Assembly: GCA_963772455.1 (NCBI GenBank)
Contig: CAVYXJ010000009.1
Span: 1-64,000 of the forward strand
DNA length: 64,000 nucleotides
Reading direction: 5' to 3'
Source: Candidatus Bathyarchaeota archaeon
GTDB lineage: Archaea > Thermoproteota > Bathyarchaeia > Bathyarchaeales > Bathycorpusculaceae
Within the stretch, counting starts at the first letter, position 1; every line of letters starts with the position of its first letter. The translations under genes and the position numbers were made by a program. Shown here piece after piece: positions 40,703 through 52,304 of the stretch. The notes under the pieces are model-generated. The model worked only from the letters and a program-made list of their open reading frames with translations, was not told where the DNA came from and made no database searches.

Positions 40703-40939
40703 GTGGATGAAGTCGCTATGAACGAATTAGAAATTTCTGTTGCTCCGATGCATAGAATATGCAAAAAAGCGGGAGCAAAAAGGGTAAGTGAAGAAGGAGC
40801 AAAAGAACTTGGAAAAATTCTCGAAGGGATTGGTGTAAAGATTGCAAAAGAAGCACTGGATTACGCGACATACGCTAAAAGAAAGACAATTAAAGTGGAA
40901 GATATCCAAATCGCTGTAAGAAAAGTTATGGAAAAATAG
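40703..40939 (+). CDS. Archaeal histone (HMf-type; start may be 40718)
   Basis: EISVAPMHRICKKAGAKRVSEEG...AKRKTIKVEDI matches the HMfA/B fold signature. Confidence 0.92.
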   Translation: MDEVAMNELEISVAPMHRICKKAGAKRVSEEGAKELGKILEGIGVKIAKEALDYATYAKRKTIKVEDIQIAVRKVMEK

Positions 40940-41057
40940 CAACCTAATTTCTTATTTAAGAATAGAAAAATATGAGCGTATTTCAAATCTCCTGTTGTGT
41001 CTTATTGCTTACAGAAAAAGTATGCTTATTAATTTCCAATTAACCTCTTGAAGAATA

Positions 41058-41715
41058 ATGAACGAATTCTCTCTTCATTCAGAAATAAAAAAAGCTTACT
41101 CGCTTCCTGGAGATCAATTTGAGGTTAAATTAGACAACTACATCGTCGATCTCTTGAGGGAAAATTTAGTAATCGAAGTTCAGACAAAGAATTTTTCAGC
41201 CCTAAAAGAAAAACTTCAAGTGCTTACTAAAAAACACCAGGTGAGGTTAGTCTATCCTCTGCCTGAAAGAAAGTTGATAACACATGTTACAAAAGATCAC
41301 AAAGTCCTAAATACTCGTAAATCCCCCAAAAAAGGAAAACTAACTGATCTATTTCGTGAGTTAGTCATGATTCCGCAAATGATCAGTGTAGAGAACTTTT
41401 CTTTAGAAGTTTTACTCATCGATGAAGAAGAGATAAGGTGCGACGATGGAAAAGGAAGTTGGAGAAGAAGAGGAGTCAGTATCGAAGACCGGAAGCTTCT
41501 GAAAATAAACAATCGAATTCTATTCCAAACCAAAGATGACTATCTCAAAATACTTCCTGAAAGCCTAAATGAAGTTTTCACCAATAGAGAATTAGCGAAA
41601 TCAGCAAAGATTTCAGTGAAGACTGCAAGGCAAATAACTTATTGTTTAAGAAAAAGCGGGATTGTTCAGATTAGCTGGAAAAAAAGGTAGAGAAATAATT
41701 TTTCAGTATGTATAG
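41058..41715 (+). CDS. PD-(D/E)XK nuclease-like protein with C-terminal HTH (probable +1 frameshift near 41670)
   Basis: SLH..IK, E....YIVD......IEVQT; C-terminal FTNRELAK...ARQITYCLRKSG; alternate frame LAGKKGREIIFQYV*. Confidence 0.65.
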
Positions 41716-41802
41716 AAACAAATCGCCTTAGAGAAGAAGAAAAATTCTTCTATCTGTAAACTAAGATTTCCAATAAAATTTCCTCGAAATACAAAAAAGA
41801 GA

Positions 41803-44394
41803 TTATTTATTTTTGAATATTAGTTGACCGTTTTTTTCTTCTACGATTATAGTTGTGTCCTTACTGATTTTTTCAGATAATATCATTTTTGAAAGTTCAT
41901 TCAAGATGTCTTTTTGAATTACTCGTTTTATTGGTCTGGCACCGAATTGGGGATCAAATCCAACGTTGGCAATGTGGTCGATAGCTTTCTTGGTGGCTGA
42001 TAGTTTAATGTTGTTTTTCTCCAGCATCTGCTCAACTTTCTTTAGTTGAAGCTCCACAATCTTTCGAACTTCCTCTTGAGTGAGGGGTTGAAACATTATT
42101 ATTTCGTCGACGCGGTTGAGAAATTCAGGTCTAATGCTCTTCTTGAGCAACTCAAAGACCTGCTCTTTAGTTTGGATTAAAATTTTCTCTCGGTTTTCAG
42201 AGTTAATTTTCTCAAGGTTCTCTTGGATGATGTGTGATCCTATGTTTGAAGTCATAATGATTATGGTGTTCTTGAAATCGACTGTTCGACCTTTATTGTC
42301 GGTAAGTCGACCGTCATCAAGAACTTGCAATAGAATGTTGAAAACGTCTGGGTGTGCTTTCTCGATTTCATCTAGTAAAACCACAGAGTAAGGTTTGCGT
42401 CTCACAGCTTCAGTTAATTGTCCGCTTTCTTCATAGCCAACATAGCCAGGCGGAGCACCTACCAGCCTGGAAACAGTATGCCTTTCCTGATACTCCGACA
42501 TATCGATCCGAATCATATTATTCTCGTTGTTGAAGAGAAACTCTGCTAATGCCTTGGCTAATTCAGTTTTTCCAACTCCAGTTGTACCCAAGAAAATAAA
42601 AGACCCAATTGGACGCTTAGGATCCTGCAAACCAGCACGACTCCGACGTAACGCATCCGAAACAGCTCGGATCGCCTCCTCTTGCCCAACAACTCTCATG
42701 TGAAGCTCACTTTCTATGTTTAGCAGCTTTTGCTTCTCGGTCTGTAACATACGACTAACAGGTATTCCAGTCCAGCTCGAGACAACTTCAGCAATTTCCT
42801 CTGCACCCACCTCTTCGTTTACCAACGCTGAATCCTTCTGCAACTCGGTTAATTTCTTCTTCAAACTCTCAATAGCTTTAGTCGCTTCGGGAATACCACC
42901 ATATCGAATCTCGGCAACCCGCCCAAGATTACCCCGACGGTTAGCATTCTCTTCTTCAAACTTTAACTTTTCAATCTCATTCTTCTTAGCTTGAATCTGA
43001 TCAACAATTTCCTTTTCCGAGTGCCACTTTGCACGCAAACTATTTCTTTGTTCGGTTAAATTTGCTATTTCCTCATTTAGCGACTTGAGCTTAACATCAT
43101 TCTTTTCATGTTTGATGGCTTCACGTTCAATCTCTAATTGCCGAATCTTCCGATCTACATCTTCAAGTTCCTGAGGTTGAGAATTGATTTCAAGTTCCAA
43201 CTTGGCAGCTGCTTCATCAATTAAATCAATTGCTTTATCGGGTAAGAAACGCTCTGTAATGTACCGCTGAGATAACTCAACAGCGGCAATTATTGCATCA
43301 TCCTTAATTCGAACATGATGAAACACTTCATAACGCTCTTTTAGTCCCCGCAGAATCGAGATAGCATCTAAAGCATCAGGCTCATTAACCATAACAGGCT
43401 GAAAACGCCTCTCCAAAGCCTTGTCTTTCTCAAAATACTTCTGATACTCCTTCAAAGTAGTCGCGCCAATAGCTCGCAACTCACCTCGCGCTAACGCTGG
43501 CTTAAGAATATTAGCAGCATCCATCGCACCCTCGCCTCCACCTGCCCCAACAAGCGTATGAATCTCATCGATGAAAATCAAGATTTCACCTTCCGCCCCA
43601 ACAACTTCCTTAATTACACTTTTAAGACGCTCCTCGAACTCCCCCTTGTACTTAGCACCTGCAATCAAAGCACCCATATCAAGAGAAAAAATCTGTTTTG
43701 ACTTCAAATTCTCAGGAACATCACCGTTGACTATGCGCTGCGCAAGACCTTCAGCAATAGCGGTTTTACCTACACCTGGCTCTCCGATCAAGAGAGGATT
43801 ATTCTTTGTCCTTCTAGATAAAATCTGAAGAACCCGCCTAATCTCAGCATCACGACCAATAACCGGATCTAATTTTCCAGCCTGAGCCCTACTATTTAGA
43901 TTAACAGCAAACTTGTTAAGAGCATTGTAAGTTTCCTCTGCAGTGGGCGAATTAACAGACGCTCCCTTACGCAACTGATCAATTGCAGACTTGAGGTCTT
44001 TTTCGTTAACTCCACTGCGTTTTAGCAACCGCGAAGCTGAATCATCTATCGACAATATTGCCAGCAATAACTGCTCCACAGAAACAAACTCATCTTTGGC
44101 AGCAGAAGCCAATTCTTGAGCTTTACGAAGAACCTTATTAGAATTCGAAGAAAGATACGGCTCACCTCCACTAACTTTAGGCAAATCATCAATTTCCCTA
44201 TCTAGCAAAGCAGAGAAAGAACTAAAATTAACCCCAAGTTTTCCAAACAAAAAAGGAACTACATTCTCATCAACAAGCAAGATTCCCTTCAACAAATGAA
44301 GCGGTTCAACTGCTTGATTGCCCCTTGCTGAGGCAATTTCTACTGCCTTTTGAATAGCTTCTTGAGATTTAACCGTAAAATTATCCAGACTCAT
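41803..44394 (-). CDS. clpB: ATP-dependent disaggregase ClpB
   Basis: Clp N domain, GEPGVGKT and GTTGVGKT Walker A motifs, coiled-coil M domain, RIDMSEY, GARP. Confidence 0.95.
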   Translation of the reverse strand: MSLDNFTVKSQEAIQKAVEIASARGNQAVEPLHLLKGILLVDENVVPFLFGKLGVNFSSFSALLDREIDDLPKVSGGEPYLSSNSNKVLRKAQELASAAKDEFVSVEQLLLAILSIDDSASRLLKRSGVNEKDLKSAIDQLRKGASVNSPTAEETYNALNKFAVNLNSRAQAGKLDPVIGRDAEIRRVLQILSRRTKNNPLLIGEPGVGKTAIAEGLAQRIVNGDVPENLKSKQIFSLDMGALIAGAKYKGEFEERLKSVIKEVVGAEGEILIFIDEIHTLVGAGGGEGAMDAANILKPALARGELRAIGATTLKEYQKYFEKDKALERRFQPVMVNEPDALDAISILRGLKERYEVFHHVRIKDDAIIAAVELSQRYITERFLPDKAIDLIDEAAAKLELEINSQPQELEDVDRKIRQLEIEREAIKHEKNDVKLKSLNEEIANLTEQRNSLRAKWHSEKEIVDQIQAKKNEIEKLKFEEENANRRGNLGRVAEIRYGGIPEATKAIESLKKKLTELQKDSALVNEEVGAEEIAEVVSSWTGIPVSRMLQTEKQKLLNIESELHMRVVGQEEAIRAVSDALRRSRAGLQDPKRPIGSFIFLGTTGVGKTELAKALAEFLFNNENNMIRIDMSEYQERHTVSRLVGAPPGYVGYEESGQLTEAVRRKPYSVVLLDEIEKAHPDVFNILLQVLDDGRLTDNKGRTVDFKNTIIIMTSNIGSHIIQENLEKINSENREKILIQTKEQVFELLKKSIRPEFLNRVDEIIMFQPLTQEEVRKIVELQLKKVEQMLEKNNIKLSATKKAIDHIANVGFDPQFGARPIKRVIQKDILNELSKMILSEKISKDTTIIVEEKNGQLIFKNK

Positions 44395-44612
44395 ACCACT
44401 CACCAAAATTCAAAGATAAAATGAACTATTTTCTACAAAACCTGAATGCTTTCTACGAAATAAACTTTTAGCAAAAAAAACTAAACAAATTGGTGGCTAT
44501 GACAACAACACTGCATCCACAAACAAACTTGTTTGTTAATGGGTTTATGGTTAGATTCTGAATTCATAAATCTAATAAAAGTAAAAGACCAACGAATTGT
44601 GTTGAATGTCAG

Positions 44613-45345
44613 TTGAAACGTAAGAATCGGATACTTTTCTTATTAATTGGATTATGTATTCTCTTTACAACAATAGGGTTATTTACCGCCTGGAATAGCG
44701 GTATGAATGTTGGTTTAATGGGAAATGCGGAACAGGCGATGATTACATCGGTCCGATTTGTCGAAGGCGCTCCAACCGGTGACACAGTAAAAGTAACAGT
44801 TCGAAACGCAGGCGCCAGCTCAGTGGCTATTCAACAAGGTTACGTGAATGGAAACAAAGCTACAAACATTAATTCAGAACAAGCTTTCGTAATTCCAAAA
44901 GCAACTTCATTAGAAATAACTTTGACATTTCCAAGACGGCACCTTAGTCTACTTAACTCAGCAACAAATCAAGATAACAACCGCCAAAGGAAACAACCTA
45001 GTTTACTCCTTAAATTATGATTCAACATGTACGTCAACTTATAATCCACTCGTTGATGATTTTGCTCCAACACCAAGACCACTTCAGGCTTATGAGTTGA
45101 ATCCCCCATTGCAATTAAGTTCATATCAAGCAATTGTTGTATTTACAACTTCAGCCATAGCTGCAATCTCTGTTACAGGCGCTTGCTTACTGGCAAATTA
45201 TGTACTTCATCCAAAAAATAGAAAAGAGCTCTTTGTGATGCTGTTTTTTGTAACCATAATTGTTGTGTTCACTCTAGTTGCAGTGGTATTTCCTATATTA
45301 TTTCCCCCACAAATCGCACTAATGCAACTGTTAATGTTTTTCTAA
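44613..45345 (+). CDS. Membrane protein with pilin-like/Ig-like domain (+1 frameshift near 44933 joins two ORFs)
   Basis: Removing one A from ccaagac gives FPDGTLVY...IKITTAKGNNL...continuing in frame into the 45097-45345 ORF. Confidence 0.65.
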
Positions 45346-45428
45346 AAACAAATTGTTGACTTGAATTAGACGTTTCACGGTGCTTGCAAAGTCTTAAATG
45401 CCAATAACTAAGAGTAGAATCAAACTAT

Positions 45429-45983
45429 TTGGGGAAAAAACAAGTTTTGAAAATTAAAGGCATAGTCATATACGATACCTCGCACGGAAACACAAAGAAA
45501 ATCGCAGAAACAATCACAGAAACGTTAAAAGCAAATGAGATAGAAAGTGACCTCTTTGATATAAAAGAAATTAAAAAGTTAAACGCAAACGACTACAATT
45601 TTCTTGTTCTTGGCTCTCCAACTAAATTTGGCACAATGAGTTTTGCAATAAAATTTTTTTTAGGAAAAGTGAAAAGCGAGGAATGGGCGAATAAACCTTT
45701 CATAGCTTTCGATACAGAAAATCCTGAGAACGTTGAAAAATCACGTCTTGAAAAAAAGGAATGGAGTGCAGCCGAAAAGATTGCTATAAAACTCAAAGAA
45801 AAGAACATGCAGCAACTTCTGCCAGTTCATAAAGCCTTGGTCTTAGGATTAAAGGGACCTCTTGTAGAAGGCGAAATCGATCGGGCAAAAAGCTACGCAA
45901 AAGAAATTGCAACGAAATTAAACACCCAAAAAGCTGAGTCCTCACCAACAAGAAATATCACCACGGAAGAGCAAAATATCTAA
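45429..45983 (+). CDS. Flavodoxin family protein
   Basis: IYDTSHGNTKKIA, LVLGSPT, AFDT, KGPLVEGE. Confidence 0.87.
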   Translation: MGKKQVLKIKGIVIYDTSHGNTKKIAETITETLKANEIESDLFDIKEIKKLNANDYNFLVLGSPTKFGTMSFAIKFFLGKVKSEEWANKPFIAFDTENPENVEKSRLEKKEWSAAEKIAIKLKEKNMQQLLPVHKALVLGLKGPLVEGEIDRAKSYAKEIATKLNTQKAESSPTRNITTEEQNI

Positions 45984-46424
45984 AAAAAATTCATTTTCTG
46001 ACTACTTCGCTCAAAACGAACGTATAATAGTTTTGTCCTTGTTCTACGGATTCCTCTTCACATCAATCACCCTTCTTCTAACCACAATTCAAAACAGAGG
46101 CAGAATACATGGACAAACAGCAATTCTATTCCTCACCTTGGTCTTCTACTTCTCGCTCTACACACTCTTAGACGATCTTGAAATGTCCTTCCACTATATC
46201 AAAAATATTCCAATACTAACCCTGAAAATTAGACCCTTCCTCAGGAATTAACCAAAACTAATTAATCGTTTAAACGTAACAGCGTTCAGAGATTTCCAGA
46301 ACAAAAAAAACAAATCTTTTATGTTCTTTGTTTTTAATCGCGATATTCCAGATATTTTAAATATTGAAACAACTAACCATTTGCTCGTATACTTTGGTAT
46401 ACTATAATTATTGAAGGAAGAAAA

Positions 46425-49016
46425 ATGTCTAAAAAACAAACAACCTCAATTATTTTCGCAACAATATTCATCATATCAACCATAGCATCAATAATGCTAA
46501 TACCAGCAACCGAAGCACATTTGCCTGCATGGCAAATTCCAACATTTGCTTTCGTTCAACCCGTTATTAACCCAGTAGGCGTTGGACAAAATACATTCAT
46601 TTACATGTGGATTGACAAGACCTTTGGCACAGACACAGCACTAACAAACGACTGGAGATTCCACAACTACAAACTAACAATCACGGCTCCAGATGGAACA
46701 GTTGAAGTAAAAACTTTTGACGTAGTTTGGGATACAACATCTTCTCAAAGCTACTCCTTTGCACCTGATCAAGTCGGAACATATCAATTCTTGTTTGAGT
46801 TTCCAGGACAAAAATACACACAATACAGCTACAACCCCGCTTCAGCATTTGTTAACGACACTTACCTACCAAGCAGTGCAACAGCAACCTTAACCGTGCA
46901 ACAAGACCCAATATCCTACATACCAGATAATCCTCTACCAACCGAATATTGGAATAGACCAATTTACGGTGAAAACCCTAATTGGTGGACAATTTCATCA
47001 AACTGGTTTGGCAGCGGATCTACACAGTTAGCCAACTGGAGAAGCTATGTCCCTGATGGTGTAGGATCACAAACCTCACACGTTATGTGGATAAAGCAAA
47101 TTCAGTTGTCCGGAGGAGTCGTAGGAGGAGACACACTGGCAATCGAAGGAGACACTTTCTTTGAAGGAAGCGCCTACCTTAACCGATTCGTCAACCCAAT
47201 AATAATGGATGGAAAAATATTCTATAAAGAACCATTATCTTTCGGAAGCGGCGATGGCGGTCCAGAAAAATGTGTTGACCTGCGCACTGGAGAAGTTTAT
47301 TGGTCTCGCACAGACATGTTAAAACCATCTTTTGGCTACATATTTGCCGAACATAACCCACAGCAACACGGAGTAGTCGAACCTATGCTAATTGCAATCT
47401 CTGGGACAACATGGATAGGCTATGATGCAGACACAGGAAACTGGATTTTCAACTTAACTAGTGTTCCAACTGGAGGCAGAAGAATCGCTGGTCCAAACGG
47501 AGAATACCTACAATTATACATGAACAACATAGGCACCCCAACAAATCCCAACTATGTCCTAACCCAATGGAACTCAACACGATTCATACTTGACTATTCA
47601 GGAAATGCAATTAGACCCGTATGGACAGGCGTATTTAATGCAAGCGACGCAAAAGGCTACGACTGGAGTGCTCCAATATCTTGGCGCAACACAATGCCCA
47701 CTGCACCCACCATAATTGCAGCATACTATGGTGACTTAATGCTATGTTATAATGGCACTCTACCATCAAGCGGCTTTAGAACCAGCGTAATTAGCACTGC
47801 ACCATACACATACTTTGCAGTCAATCTAAACGCTTCCAAAGGCACAGTCGGCTCAATTTTGTGGATGAAGAACTTTGACCCAATAATTCAGAACATCACT
47901 GTCATACAAGGCGGCAACGACCCAGTACTTGGCGTATTCATTGAAAAACTAAAGGAAACCAACCAATGGGCAGCAATCAACATGAGAACAGGCGCAAGAA
48001 TGTGGGGACCAGTCGGTGATCAGCTAGCACTTGATTATTATGGCAACCCAGGACATGAACAAGTATATGCACATCTTGCTTATGGCAAAGTCTTCGCCAG
48101 TGGCTATTCAGGAGTAATCTACTGTTATGATGAATTAACAGGAAACCTACTCTGGACATATGGCAACGGCGGTGAAGGCAACAGCACAAACAGCGGATTT
48201 GCAGTACCCGGTCATTATCCAATCGCCATAAACGCAATTGGCAACGGAATAATCTACACCGTGACAACAGAACACACTATTCAAACCCCAATCTACAAAG
48301 GTTGCCGAGCAACTGCTCTTAATGCAACAGATGGAACCGAAATTTGGACAATTTCCGCAAACACAGCTGAATTCAATGAAATGGCATACGCAATAGCAGA
48401 CGGCTTCTCAGTGTTCTTCAATGGATACGACAATAGAATCTACAGCTTAGGAAGAGGACCAAGTGTTACCACCGTAACAGCTCCAAACCTAGCAGCAGCC
48501 TCTGGACAACGAGTAGTTATCCGCGGAACTGTACTAGACATTTCAGCCGGAACAAAACTTAACGAACAAAGCTCAAAACTTCCAAACGGCGTAGCATGCG
48601 CCTCTGAAGCAAGTATGACAAGCTGGATGCAATACGTTTACCAACAAAAACCTATGCCAACCGACTTCACAGGCGTCACAGTATCAATCGACGTTATAGA
48701 CTCTAATGGCAACTACCGAAACATTGGTTCTGCAACAACAGATGCAACTGGATCATACAGCATGTCATGGCTACCTGACATTTCAGGAGACTACACAGTC
48801 GTCGCTCGCTTTGCCGGCACAAACAGTTATTGGCCATCATACGCTGAAACAAGCTTCGCAGTCGACCCCGCACATCCAACAGAAGCACCAACAGCAACAC
48901 CAAACAACAGTTCACCAGCTGACTTATACTTCGTTCCAGCAGTCGCAGGCATCATTGTTGCAATCTTGTTAGTCGGCGTAATTCTAGCAATTCTTCTGCT
49001 AAGAAAACGACCATAA
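46425..49016 (+). CDS. PQQ-like beta-propeller surface protein, paralog 4 (863 aa)
   Basis: NPVGVGQ, LPTEYWNRPI, TEHT, ALNATDGTEIW, GRGPS, TM + RKRP. Confidence 0.85.
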   Translation: MSKKQTTSIIFATIFIISTIASIMLIPATEAHLPAWQIPTFAFVQPVINPVGVGQNTFIYMWIDKTFGTDTALTNDWRFHNYKLTITAPDGTVEVKTFDVVWDTTSSQSYSFAPDQVGTYQFLFEFPGQKYTQYSYNPASAFVNDTYLPSSATATLTVQQDPISYIPDNPLPTEYWNRPIYGENPNWWTISSNWFGSGSTQLANWRSYVPDGVGSQTSHVMWIKQIQLSGGVVGGDTLAIEGDTFFEGSAYLNRFVNPIIMDGKIFYKEPLSFGSGDGGPEKCVDLRTGEVYWSRTDMLKPSFGYIFAEHNPQQHGVVEPMLIAISGTTWIGYDADTGNWIFNLTSVPTGGRRIAGPNGEYLQLYMNNIGTPTNPNYVLTQWNSTRFILDYSGNAIRPVWTGVFNASDAKGYDWSAPISWRNTMPTAPTIIAAYYGDLMLCYNGTLPSSGFRTSVISTAPYTYFAVNLNASKGTVGSILWMKNFDPIIQNITVIQGGNDPVLGVFIEKLKETNQWAAINMRTGARMWGPVGDQLALDYYGNPGHEQVYAHLAYGKVFASGYSGVIYCYDELTGNLLWTYGNGGEGNSTNSGFAVPGHYPIAINAIGNGIIYTVTTEHTIQTPIYKGCRATALNATDGTEIWTISANTAEFNEMAYAIADGFSVFFNGYDNRIYSLGRGPSVTTVTAPNLAAASGQRVVIRGTVLDISAGTKLNEQSSKLPNGVACASEASMTSWMQYVYQQKPMPTDFTGVTVSIDVIDSNGNYRNIGSATTDATGSYSMSWLPDISGDYTVVARFAGTNSYWPSYAETSFAVDPAHPTEAPTATPNNSSPADLYFVPAVAGIIVAILLVGVILAILLLRKRP

Positions 49017-49208
49017 ACAAGGCAAAAGTAAAAACAAACTTTCCCCTTTTTTGTTTTTCTTATTATATCAAAAGAGTTAATTCTCCAATGATTAAATTAT
49101 TGCCTTTTTTTCATTAAAAAAGCATTTTTATTCAGTTATTTTGGGGCAAATCTTATAAACAATTTAGCAAGACAAGGTAAGCTATAAAATTATGGAGATA
49201 AGAAAAAT

Positions 49209-51753
49209 TTGAAATTGAACAAAAATGGAATTATTTCAATAGCTCTACTTGCGATATTAGTGCTTCCAATTGCATTCATTGAAATACCAAAAACTAGCGC
49301 GGCAACATACACAAGCTATCCCTTCATCGGAGCAATGCCCAACCCAGTAGGCGTCGGGCAAACAGTACTACTTCACGTCGGCATGCTAACCGCACTCAAC
49401 AACGTAGTTGACGGTTGGCTTGGCTTGAAAGTTGAAATAGTAAGTCCTGACAACAAAACAACCCTACTTGACTGTCCGAAAACTGACTCAACAGGTGGAA
49501 CTGGTGTAGTATTCGTTCCAAACCAAGTTGGCAACTACACACTAACAACAATCTTCCCCCAACAGAACGCAACAAGCTCCGGCGTCTTTACCAACAACGT
49601 TTATAATGCAGCTAGAAGCGACTCAATCACACTGGTAGTTCAAGAAGAACCAGTCCAATACTATCCTGCCTTCCCAATGCCAACGGAATACTGGACACGC
49701 CCCATTGATGCCCAAATACGCGAATGGTATAGCATTGGTGGTCAATGGCTCAGAGCACCTGAAGGATTCTATACCCCATTCAATGATGCGCCATCAACAG
49801 CACACATTCTCTGGCAAAGACCACTCGGCGAAGACCAAGGCGGTCTAGTCGGCGGAATGGATCTAACGGACCAGAGGTACTTCCCAGAAGGCACTGACTC
49901 TTTTGAGAACGGCGACGCATACGAAGGCAGATGGCCCGTACAATTCATCATAGCAGGAATACTCTACTACTGCCCATTCGAAACTGGAATCCCTGACCAA
50001 CCAGTCGTAGCAATAGACCTACACACCGGCGAAGAATTATGGACTAAAGTCTTCATGAACAATCAAAGACCTTCATTTACTCAGTTAATCGATTGGAAAT
50101 GCTTTAACAACGACGGTGTTTTCATGTATCTTGGGTTCTCGACTTCCCTTAGCGGAGTAACAACTTTGTCCTTCTACGATGCATACTCTGGTAATTGGCG
50201 CTATAACATAACAAACGTACCCGGTGGCACTACAGCTTATGGACAACTAGGTGAACAATTAAGATACTCAATTGGCAACGTTGGCACTAGTTCTGCTCGT
50301 GTCTGGAACATGACTGTATGGAACAATACATATGTTGTTTCAGCAGGCAAGACAGGCATGGCTGAGAGCTGGGGTAGCCAAGTCAGAGGAGTCGTCTACA
50401 ATAGCACTACACGTCCAAACCACGGCTATAGCTTAAACGTAACATTACCTGAACTACAGGGCTCAAGCAATCCAAGCATACTCAAAGTCTTTCCAAACAA
50501 CCGCATCATCGGCGGCAGCGTCAATCAACAAAGAGTACACCTATGGGGCATAAACCTTAACAGTTCAACGGGCGCAATAGGTACACTACTATTCAACAAT
50601 ACATGGAATGCACCAAGCGTATGGGCTGACGGCAACATCACCGTAAGCGGCTTCTCAGGCGGATGGTGCGCATGGGGCGAAAAAGACAACGTCGCAGTCC
50701 TCTTCGGCAAAGAAAACCGAGTACACTACGGCTTCAGTCTTGAAACACGGCAACTTCCTATGGGAAACAGCACCTGAAAACTACTTAAACGCATGGGATG
50801 ACAGCCTAAACGTTGCAAGAATGATCGCCAACGGCAAATTCTACTCAACAAGCATCAGCGGAATAGTTAACTGCTATGACGTCACAGACGGCAAACTACT
50901 ATGGACCTACGCTGCAGAAGACCCATACACTGAAGAGCAATTCTCAAACAACTGGTGGCTACGCCCAATGTTTGTCACAGACGACTATGCATACTTTGGA
51001 CACCTTGAACACTCAGCAAACAACCCACGACCAAGAGGCGCACCGTTCATATGCTTAAACGCTACTTCAGGCGAGCTAGTCTTCAGAGCTGACGGTCTAT
51101 TCAGACAATCAAGATGGGGAGGACGCGCGATTATTGGAGATAGCATAATTGCAACACAAGACACATACAACCAGCAAGTATACGGCATCGGCAAGGGACC
51201 AAGCCAAACCACTGTTACAGCACCAGACCTTGGAGTACCATTTGGCTCATCTGTTGTCATCCGCGGTACAGTTACTGATGTTTCACCAGGAACTGAAGAC
51301 TACGGTATGCGAGCAAGATTCCCGAATGGAGTTCCAGCAATGTCAGACGCAAGCCAAAGCGAATGGATGACATACGTATACAAACAATTCACACGTCCAT
51401 CTACAGCAGTCGGCGTTGACGTAACCCTAAATGTTGTTGACGCAAACGGCAACTTCAGAGAAATTGGAACCACAACAACAGACACAAGCGGCACATATGC
51501 ACTAAACTGGAAACCAGATATCCCCGGCAAATACACAGTACTTGCTACCTTTGCAGGCACAGGCGCATTCTACGGATCTTACGACCAAACAGCAATAGTT
51601 GTTGACGAAGCCCCAGTAACACCATCACCTACACCAATAGCTGACACAACAACAGCAGCAGATCTATACTTACTACCAGGAATCGCCGCAATTATCATTG
51701 CAATCGCAGTAGTCGGTGCAATACTAGCGCTATTAGTAATAAAGAAAAAATAA
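49209..51753 (+). CDS. PQQ-like beta-propeller surface protein, paralog 5 (~847 aa; +1 frameshift near 50748)
   Basis: The 522-aa and 337-aa ORFs join as FSLETGNFLWET if one base is removed; LEHS, GKGPS, TM + KKK. Confidence 0.82.
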
Positions 51754-52140
51754 ATAAACAAAAAACCAACAATCTTTCCTTTTTTATTTTTTTTATTCAT
51801 TTCTGAGAGAAATTAGAGCTTATTAGGTTCTGGTTAAAATTCATAATAGTGGCCAATACCTTAATTCAATAACTCCTTTTTTTAAAAGTCCCAGAACCTT
51901 AGCAAATCGTTTCAATGTTTTTTGTTTAATACAAAACCCGCAGTCAAATTATGAAAAAACCATTCAGCCAATCAAAAACCCAAAATTATAAACTAAAATA
52001 CTGCAAATGATCCACATATTTCCGAAGAAAAATTTTCATTGAAATATCTGCAGGTTATCTTTTTGCGGATGTTAAAATTAAAAAAATTTTCTTAAGTAAA
52101 AAAAAACATCGTTCACAGTAGTTTTAGTTAGCTGATATGT

Positions 52141-52269
52141 TTATTGGCCATCTACTAGATGGGCTGTGCCATCTGGGCAGAATACTTTTTCGCCCATGGT
52201 AACTTTTGCAAAGCGACGTTTGCATTCGCTTAATTGTTTTTCGCATCCGTCACAATCGCGAGATAACAT
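52141..52269 (-). CDS. 42-aa Cys/His-rich mini-protein (putative Zn-binding)
   Basis: MLSRDCDGCEKQLSECKRRFAKVTMGEKVFCPDGTAHLVDGQ; GGTGA SD 9 nt upstream. Confidence 0.65.
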   Translation of the reverse strand: MLSRDCDGCEKQLSECKRRFAKVTMGEKVFCPDGTAHLVDGQ

Positions 52270-52286
52270 CTTTTCATTTCACCTAT

Positions 52287-52304
52287 TTATGACAATTGTC
52301 ATAA
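52287..52304. promoter_or_regulatory. Perfect 18-bp palindrome, putative operator of the mini-protein gene
   Basis: ttatgacaattgtcataa between a TATA-like element (~52309-52316, minus strand) and the SD. Confidence 0.65.

Noticed and set aside
42116-43828. Antisense ORFs inside clpB (and similar ones inside the permease, propeller and gltD genes)
   Set aside because: These are shadow ORFs of strongly supported genes on the opposite strand.
46033-46251. 72-aa hydrophobic ORF
   Set aside because: It has a weak TTG start and may be a fragment; I could not assign it.
6361-51753. Diversity-generating retroelement acting on the propeller genes
   Set aside because: There is no reverse transcriptase, and I saw no near-identical TR/VR pair with adenine-specific mismatches.
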